From the human T2T-CHM13v2.0 reference genome, Homo sapiens, in NCBI RefSeq assembly GCF_009914755.1, contig NC_060936.1: DNA of 64,000 bases. One strand, 5' to 3'. Position 1 is the stretch's first letter. Each line of letters opens with the position of its first letter. Positions 55,510-64,000 of this stretch are shown piece by piece. The position numbers and the translations under genes are program-made. The notes below the pieces were generated by a model, which worked only from the letters and a program-made list of their open reading frames with translations, did not search any database and was not told where the DNA came from.

Positions 55510-58500
55510 ACTACCTTTGACTTTCTGTAATATTTTCATGTTATAATATTGGGTATATTTTGATATAAAGTACAACTGTTCCCTACACAATCAGGAAGAT
55601 TACTAACATCATAAAGTACCGTTTTTACAAATAAATTACTTTCACCAGATGTGGGAACAAGATACTCAAAACTACATATGATATAAAACAGCTGGATATC
55701 AGTAATATATGTCTCTCCAGCAGTATGTACCTAAATATCTCTATATTATAATGTTATGTTTTATTTAGATACTTAGAGTTATGGTCATGTTATCAGGAAA
55801 TACATTTCATGCAGCATTTAGATAATTATTTAGGTAATTAGATAATAGCCTATTGCACAATTGGTTACCTTTATATTTGTCAGCCAACATACAAAATGTC
55901 CACAGAACATCACAAAGCACTTCAAACTACATATCAGAAAAAGATATGTTGTCTGTCCTACCAAAGGAATTTCAAGTATTAAGAGAGGCAGAAAGAAAAT
56001 TATGCTTAAAGATAATTAAGCATTGTAATTATGATTCATATGAATTAAGGGGAAATAGAAAAGGTAGTGATTTTTTTGGGAAAGTGGACAAAAAGTAAGA
56101 TTCCCCAGAAAACGTTTTGGAGAAAATGACATTGGGTGTTTATAAGCGATTTTATGGTTCTTAGTTCATATTTCTGTACTTATACATGTTATAACTGGAG
56201 CTGATAAATCCTAAAAAATGTACCCACAAACTGCTACCCAGGAACATAAATTTATTAATATATATCTAAGAAGCAAACTATATCATAGCCATCTATCAGT
56301 GTAGAAGATGATATATAAGAAATCCAGGAAGAATATAGCCAGGTAAGTGCTCAGGTTTTTTCTTTTTTTCTTGGATATAGCAAGAACACAATCAATCTAT
56401 CTCATTTTGACCAACATGCTGCAAACTCTAAGGGCTACAAGAATCAAATTTCACATGGACAGAAGAAAACAATATCATGCAATTTATACTATTTTCTTTA
56501 TAATTTTCACTGCATAAAATACCTTGTCACTGTTAGCTACAAGATGTCATATTATCATATTTTTCTCTTTGACATTCCATCAAGCACTACGTTCCAGGAA
56601 AAAGAAAATTTTCTCACAATGTAGTCAAAATAATAATTTTGTAATCTGTGAACTTTCTGTGGAATCTTTAGAAAACAGAAGCTTACTTTGTTTTATCTCA
56701 AATGCTTAATTTCTTCCTGGATAATCCTCAGAAGGCAAACAATTATGATACATTTACAGAAACTCAAAAGAGGTCAAGAATACCTGCCTGCTTCTTTTCT
56801 GACTGATAGTGCTTGATATGGCTAAGAACTACAGACCCTACATTATAGCAAAACTAATTAAGAAACCCTGCAGTTCTTACATGGTCAACACAAACTGGTT
56901 TTGGTTTAACTCCCTCTTGAATTTCCCCAGAAAAAAAGATTCTCTGTATCAGTTCCATTCAAGAACAGCATGTGGACTTCATTCACTTTGTAGTATGTGA
57001 CATGGCATGATTTTGTGAACACCCTCACCTTAGAGGTGAAAAAATTGGCACAGGTTTTATCTGACTGATTTGTTTCACTTATCTGCCAGTAGTTTTATGC
57101 TAGTTGGTCTCTTCTGGTCAGAACAGGTCTTTAGCAGGGGCAAACTTAATGAAGATAAGAATGCATTAGAGTCCAGATGAAATTCTATATATTATGCAGT
57201 GTTATTCTAGTTTGTTTTTTACTTTGATGTATTCTTATATTTGCTCCATTGGTGTTTCTTGCTCTCAAATACTACGTTTAGCATAGCATTTAATGACATA
57301 TAGTACAATTCTTAAGTAAAAAGTATTGCAGGCACCATCTATTGTAATGTATTTCTGTGAATGCAATAATAATTTTTTCTGGATTTATTTTATTGTTACA
57401 CCTGTGTGCTTGACAGTAAGTGTTTTGCCAACTATTTGGAAGTTCCCAGTTGTACTCAACATTAGAACAACATAGAAATGGAAAAATCTATCACTTGATA
57501 ACCATAGATCTTTTACGTACATTTCAATTATGTACGGTATATGTTGAGATTCATGGAAAAAGTTTTATGAGTAAGGAATGCTAATTCTCTGTAGGTACAT
57601 AAGCAGTCTTATTAATTCTCTTCAAGTTTTGGGTTCCTGGGTTATTTTTAAATATTAAATTTAAAATCTTATTAAATATAATTTACAGATTCAAACATTA
57701 TTTATGAATCTTTAAAAATTCCAATTCCACAAAGTTAAAGTTTTGCATTTTTTAAAATATTTTACTGAGTCAAATTATTCCTTCTTGCAACAGTCTTTGA
57801 AAACTTTGGGTGAAATTTTTGAGCTACATCAAAGTCCTTTTTTATGTGACAATCTTTTCAAAGTTCCTAAAATATTATGACATCTATACCAAGCACAATA
57901 TTGTAGGTATGGAACTTTGAAAAATAGCCTGGAAGAAGATAACATTTGTGTTAGAATTTGCCTAATAAACATATCATGAGTTATTTCTAAGGATGCTAAT
58001 AGCAAGAGGAGACAAAAACTAATTTCAACTCAGCAATCAAAAGATTGTCACAGTAATCAAAAGATTGGAAGGAGAAGTTGAAACATGACACAAGATAAAT
58101 AGATGTTGAGTTATTCCAGCATATGATGGTTACTATGACATGATCAATACATAGTAAATGTACAGGTTATATGCATTTTGATGGAAAGATACATCTTAGG
58201 ACATCTTCGTAATTTTTTTCCTAAAATGATTAAAAAGTAATTACAGAAATATGTCATTACAGAGGTTCTAGAATGTTGTTGAATTATCAAAATATTTAAA
58301 GATCATTATTTTATAATCTTATCCAAATCACTTAATCAGAGGATTATGGCTACAAAATACGAGTGAAAGTAAGTAACTAATTTAATGGTTCAGAATGAAA
58401 ATGCCAATTCAGTTTACTCACTATAGTATTTGCTAATACAAATATTCTCATTACCTAAATTACTGGCTGGGATTATAGTAAATGAGGCACTTTGAAGGTG

Positions 58501-59767
58501 CTAGTAGCTTAAAAGTGACATTCAATATTTTCATATAAATTTAAAAATTTTCTAACCTATATGTTTGCAAAATCCTGGAAAGATCTTAGTCATTGACCTT
58601 TAAAAATTACAGATAATTTATAGACAAAAAAATCTAGTGAATAAGAATATTTAAGAATGTGACTACCTTCATATCATGAAAGAACCACCTGTATGGTAAA
58701 TTCTAGTAGCTTCAGGAATTCAAATAATTGGCAACTTAGGTAATTCACCATACATCACATAAACATAGTGATATAATGATAGTAAAACATTAGGATGACA
58801 TTGATGAAGTATTTTTTTATAAAAAAGGGGAGACATGATTACTTTTGGGATATCCTAGGGTTTTAGTTGATTCAGTAATTCATTAAAGTGGTGACTAGCT
58901 TATTTCTGTCTCTTCACTGACTTGTGATGTAACGATGTGCTTTGCAGAGGTAAGGTGGTTTAACAAGCTGACCTGTTTACATAGGATCTGTAAATATTGC
59001 ATGAGGTGAAGCATTAATTAGGTCTCTTGATTGCACAGACTGAAATGAAGGGTTTCTCAGAGGAGTTTTGTGCCTTCAGTAGCTTTTTTTTGAGTTTAAC
59101 CTCATTCAATAAAAGGCCATTGGCTTGAAATGCCTTCTGAACTTCTGAGTTTACTTTGTAAGCATCATTCTAGGTTCCTGTGTATAATACTGGTTGTTAC
59201 CCAGTAATAAAACTGTTGCCTTCATTAATCACTAAGGTCTCATAATTTTTAGCGCTGATGGAAGAAAACAAAAGAAGTAGTATTAAACTATTTATTTTGA
59301 AAATATTTCTCTTTAATTAACTTGGAATATAGATAGTAAAAAAAGGAATATAGATAATAAAGGGCATTATTTGCTCAGGTCTTTGTCATATGAAAGTAAA
59401 TTAAAACTTTTTACCTCATATATAACCTGTATTTGTTTAATATATAGCATAGAAGAATTCTTGTAAGAATTCTTTATCTTACAAGTAATCTTGTAGAAAT
59501 GATGTTACAACTGTCACATTTAAAACTTTAAATGTGTGATGCAAAATAAATCTGAATTTGATACACTAGTACTTTTTTGCATCTCAGTGAATAGATTTCA
59601 AATTACAGATGCCAGTATTATATTTTAATCATGTGTTTCTCTGTGTATAGAATATGGTCTTGTAAAAATGGTGGCATGTCTTATTTTCTAATAGCAAATA
59701 AAAACAACAGTTCGCTTGAAGTTTATGAGCATACATCACAACTCTACAATTATATATATATATATAA

Positions 59768-59997
59768 TTTTTTAATGTTAATTTACATTCAGGGGTACAA
59801 GTGCAGGTTTGTTATATAGGTAAACTTGTGTCATGGGGATTTGTTGTATAGATTATTTCATTACCCAGGTATTGAGTCTAGAATTTATTAGTTACTTTTT
59901 CCTGATCTTCTCCCTCCTCCTTCCCTCCCCTCTCTGAAAGGCCCTAGTGTGTGTTGTTTCCCTCTATGAGTCCATGTGCTCTCATCATTTAGCTCCC
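59768..59997 (-). mobile_element. L1PA13-like 3' end fragment
   Basis: gtgcaggtttgttatataggtaaacttgtgtcatgggg...gattatttcattacccaggtatt...catcatttagctccc. Confidence 0.82.
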
Positions 59998-60874
59998 TAA
60001 AAAGGTGTATTTTCAGGGTACAAATAGAATATAAAGAACATTTTTTGTCCCTATTCTCAAAATGGATTTTGAAACCACTTCTGAGGCATCTCAGATGTCT
60101 AAATGCTCTTTGGTAAACATTAAAATGCCATCTCTGTCCTTGTTTAGCCATTATTGATTTTCTATTAAAAGTAGATGAAAGGTCTGCTTGGGGAATACTG
60201 CCATATAATTGCTGCAATGACCTAACCATCTAATACTACTCAGGGTAAAAGCCATTTGATCAAAATCAATGTAAAATACACATTTATCCTCCTGAAACTT
60301 CTAGGGTGTGGTGGAAAGGAAGGGGAATACACCAAATATTAAGAGTTATATTTAGTAATGTGACATCAGAAGTAAGAGCAATCACATTTTTACTAACACT
60401 CAAATTCAAACAGCTCTGTGTGACTGAATTCTGGAGTTATATGGCTTATCAACATCAGAATAGACAAATCAATGACTTCTTAAAAAACTAGAGTTTTTTA
60501 AAACAAAGAATTTCTCATTAGTGCCAGGAATTTAGCTTTAGAAAACTGCCCAAATACCATGCTTTTTTGTTTGTTTGTTTAAGCACATGGTTATATAACA
60601 CATGCAATGAATATAACATATCTAATAAATATGTCATGTATTCACGGCAAAGCTAATATTTTCACCTTTTGTTATATCTTCCCTAACTCTTTTTTTTTTT
60701 AGTGTGGGGGTCCATATAGATAGCATTCCATATCCACATGAAAATTATGCCCTAGCTTAGGAATATTAGTCAGATTTGTAGTATTCAATTTCTGCTCTAT
60801 CAAGTCCTAATTCTCATTTGATCTCAAGAACCGGAGAGTGTTATTAGACACTTTAGTGGACATCCTTTACGGAT

Positions 60875-61135
60875 AAAGGAGGATTTGCCATGAGCAAATG
60901 TATTAAACTTCAGGCCTTCCAGACAGAGCTTTTTCTGTGACCCTGGAAAGGGTTCTCACAATGTGTACATGGATTGACATATGTTTGTAAAATTTATGTT
61001 AGTAAAAATGTGTTTACAATTTGCTGCAATTACTTTTCTAATTCTACATAATGTAAATATCTTTATTTTGTTTTATAATTCTTACAGAGTCCAGCATTTT
61101 ATTAGCCTAAGGCCCACGAATACTGGATTTGCTTG
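60875..61135. mobile_element. Zaphod/MER115-like hAT-Tip100 derivative
   Basis: Ends resemble GGCGGATTTACCATGAAGCTAATG...CTTCAGG and AGGCCCCACAAAACCTGGATCCGCC. Internal caatgtgtacatgg...catatgtttgtaaaattt. Confidence 0.55.
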
Positions 61136-61667
61136 AAAACATACAAATTGAGTGTGTGAGTAGGGGAGCACCTGATATATGACTGTAATACCAACAATGT
61201 GTATTTGGTCTAGAGGATATCATTTAAAGTGTACATGTTTTGTTACCCTAATTGACCAAGTCCCAACTGAAAAAGGTCAGCCTGTATGAAAACAATATTT
61301 CAGCATTGCTTTTTAACAAGACTTAACTTTTTAACTCACTCTAAAATAATGTTATTTTAATAACTTGCAATACTCTTGTAAGCAGGAATCCATCATTTCT
61401 AGCAGCTATAGTTTCCATCCCTACTACTTCTCCCACCTACCCATTCACACAGTTATATGAAAATTTCCCTATTGGGCATTATCTGTGAGAGAGAAAGTCT
61501 GAGCAGAATGATCTCTAATGCAATCTATGACATCCCAAGAATGTACACAAGGTAAGAACTTATCTGTAGTATGTCAAATAATTCATGTAATTAGAAATTT
61601 TGCACCTGGGTTGGATGTAGGAAAACATCTTCCTACATTCTAGGAAAGAATCTTTGACATTCTTTCT

Positions 61668-61760
61668 TTAATTAATTTAAGAAATATTAATTGAGCACAT
61701 TTCTGGGAAAGGCACTCTTCTAAAAATGGAGCAAGACAGATGCATCTGCTGCTTTTTAAA
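61668..61760 (-). mobile_element. L2 3' end fragment
   Basis: aaatattaattgagcac...aggcactcttcta...gagcaagacaga. Confidence 0.5.
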
Positions 61761-62232
61761 AAGATAAATCTGGCAAAAACTCTGGTGCCACATATCCACT
61801 ATCATGTCAATTGAAAAGATCAGTCGTAAAGAAGCAAGAGTAGAAAATCATCTCTTCCCTTGGAAATGTACCTGGATTTTCTACCTGACACACCCAGAGC
61901 AACTCAAGCTTCATCATTTAAGGAGAGGCAATTTTGATGGAGGATGGAGAAGTATCTTTCATGATAGAGTATTACTAGTAGAATCATTATCATCAGAAAG
62001 ACTATACAAACATTTATAGTGTAGTCTCCTTGCTTGATGACATACTAAGTAATCATAACAAATCCCACTCTATTATATCCCATATAGATGTTTATATAAT
62101 GTATTGATTCTTCAGTGTTCTTAGAATGATAAAGAGATAGGGATAAATAAATTTTTGTGTGGGTACACATTTGTATGTGTCTCTATTCTGTCATCTTTTG
62201 TGACTATCTTCTGGTGGTAAAATAACATTTCC

Positions 62233-62410
62233 AAGCATAGAGTTGAAAGAACCATGGACTTGAATTCAGGTCATATCAGAGTTAAATTCAAGGTCGACAC
62301 TTTAAAACTGTGTGATACATTCCTATGTTTTATAATCCTCAAGTTTCATTTGTAACATAAAGTTAATAATGCCTGTTTGATGAAGAAGAGTTTTTAGATT
62401 TTAAATAGAT
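62233..62410 (+). mobile_element. MIR (diverged)
   Basis: agcatagagttgaaagaaccatggactt...ctgtgtga...cctcaagtttcatttgtaa...taataatgcct. Confidence 0.55.
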
Positions 62411-62419
62411 TTACTCTCA

Positions 62420-64000
62420 TTTGTTTTTTGATAGACACATAATTGTTTGCATTTATAGAGTACATATTGATATTTCAATACATACAATGTAAAGTGATCA
62501 AGTCAAGGTAATTAGCATATCAATCATCTCAAACATTTATCAATTTTTGTGTTGGGAAGATTTAATATCCTGCTTCTAGCCCTTTGAAAATATAAAATAT
62601 ATCATTGTTAACTACAGTAACCCTACAGTGCTATAGAACACTAGAACTTATTCCTCATATCTAGCTATAATTTTACACCATGTAACAAATCTTTCTATTC
62701 CCCTTTCCCCATATACTTCCCAGACTCTAGCACTTTCTGTTCTACTTTTTATCTCTATGAAACAACACTTTTAGCTTCAAAATATGAGTGAGAACATGCA
62801 GGGTTTAAGTTTCTGTGACTGGCTTATTTCACATGCCATAATGTCCCCCAGGTCTAACCATGTTACAAAAATGACAAGATTTTATTCTTTTTTAATGGAT
62901 GAATAGTAGTATTTCATTTTGTATGTATAAAAAATGTATCTGTTGGACACTTGGGTTGATGCCATAGGTTGGCTATTGTAAATAGTGTCACTATAAACAT
63001 GGGGGTGCAGATGACTCTTTGAAATACAGATATCCTTTCTTTTAGATAAATGCCCAGTAGCAGGGTTGTGGATCATACAGTAGTTCTATTTGCAGTTTTC
63101 TGAGACTCCTCCATGTTGTTCTTCAAAGTAGTTGTACTAGTTTACATTCTCACCAAGACTGTATAAGAGTTTCCTTTTCTCCACATCCTTGCTAGCATTT
63201 GTGATTTGTCTTTTTCATAATAGCTATCTTACCTGGTGTGAGATGATATCTCATTATGGTTTTGATTCACATTTTCCTAATGGTTAGTGATGTTGATAAT
63301 TTTTTCATGTATTTGTTGGCTATTTGAATGTCTTCTCTTGAGAAATATCTGCTCAGACCATTTGCCATCTTTAAATCAATTTTTTTCCTGTTGAGATAGT
63401 TGAGTTCTTTGTATATTCTGGACATTAATATTATGTGGGAAGAGGAGTTGCAAATAATTTTGCTTATTCTGGAGGTTGTCTTTTTACACTGTTGATTATT
63501 TCTATTGCTATGCAGAAGTTTTTTAGTTTGATATAATCCTGTTTGCTTATTTTTCCTTTTGTTGCCTGTGATTTTAAGGCCTTATTCATAAAATATTTTC
63601 TCAGACCAATGTCTTGAAGTGTTCTCTCTGGGTTTTCCTTTGGTAGTTTTAAAGCTTTAAGTCTTACATGTAGGTCTTTAACCCATTTTGAGTAGATTTT
63701 TGTTTCAATTAGGGTGAAAGAAGAGAGTATAGCTTTATTCTTTTGCACATAGGTATCTAGTTTTCCCAGCAACATTTATTGAAGTGACTGCCTAATGAGT
63801 GTTCTTGGTATCTCTGTCAAAAATAAGTTGGTTGTAAATAAACGGATTAATTTCTGGGTTCTCTATTCTGTTCCATTGATTTGCATATATGCTTTTCATT
63901 GGTACCACGCTGTTTTGGCTAATACAACTTTATAGTATATTTTGAAGACTCATAGTGAAATGTGTCTGGTTTTGTTCTTTTTGTTTAGGAGTAGTTATCT
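62420..64000 (-). mobile_element. L1MA4/5-like 3'UTR and ORF2 C-terminal region (runs off the window)
   Basis: caaggtaattagcatatc..atctcaaacatttatc, tgctatagaacactagaacttattcctc. ORF2-like DYIKLKNFC in ORF 63464-63775. Confidence 0.88.

Noticed and set aside
58035-58067. Direct repeat aatcaaaagattg x2 (also ttggtgata x3 near 11976-12010)
   Set aside because: Ordinary slippage duplications.
59454-59486. Repeated palindrome aagaattctt and a cttgtaaga/tcttacaag stem
   Set aside because: A tiny local duplication or inversion with no further structure.
61617-61640. Hairpin atgtaggaa-aacatc-ttcctacat
   Set aside because: A 9-bp stem is expected by chance in 64 kb of AT-rich DNA and is too short for a pre-miRNA.

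Overview
This looks like primate (human-like) nuclear DNA: AT-rich, CpG-depleted and dominated by interspersed repeats. I found no intact protein-coding gene, RNA gene or CpG island. The ORF-track entries are transposable-element (TE) remnants or chance frames. The window is a layered set of nested insertions. (1) An old L1M (~0.5-6 kb) carries a MER11 solo LTR and an Alu. (2) A second old L1 has a ~1.7 kb degenerate 26-27 bp tandem array in its 5'UTR and is interrupted by two head-to-tail L1PA elements (16.2-23.2 kb) and a MER4D LTR. (3) A near full-length Tigger1 sits inside an MLT2B LTR. (4) An internally deleted two-LTR HERV-L (MLT2A1) provirus has a dUTPase remnant and an expanded AT-rich minisatellite in its 3' LTR. 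(5) A two-LTR HUERS-P3-like ERV1 provirus lacks RT and carries small hydrophobic ORFs in its env region. (6) An LTR10A with AP-1 sites is split by an Alu. There are also many Alu, MaLR, MIR, L2 and MER elements. Family and subfamily names come from my recall of consensus sequences, not a database search, and boundaries of old elements are approximate. I cannot claim a new biological system. The best leads are the DUX4-motif LTRs with an intact splice donor, the small membrane-protein-like ORFs of the ERV1 provirus, and the rearranged L1 block.
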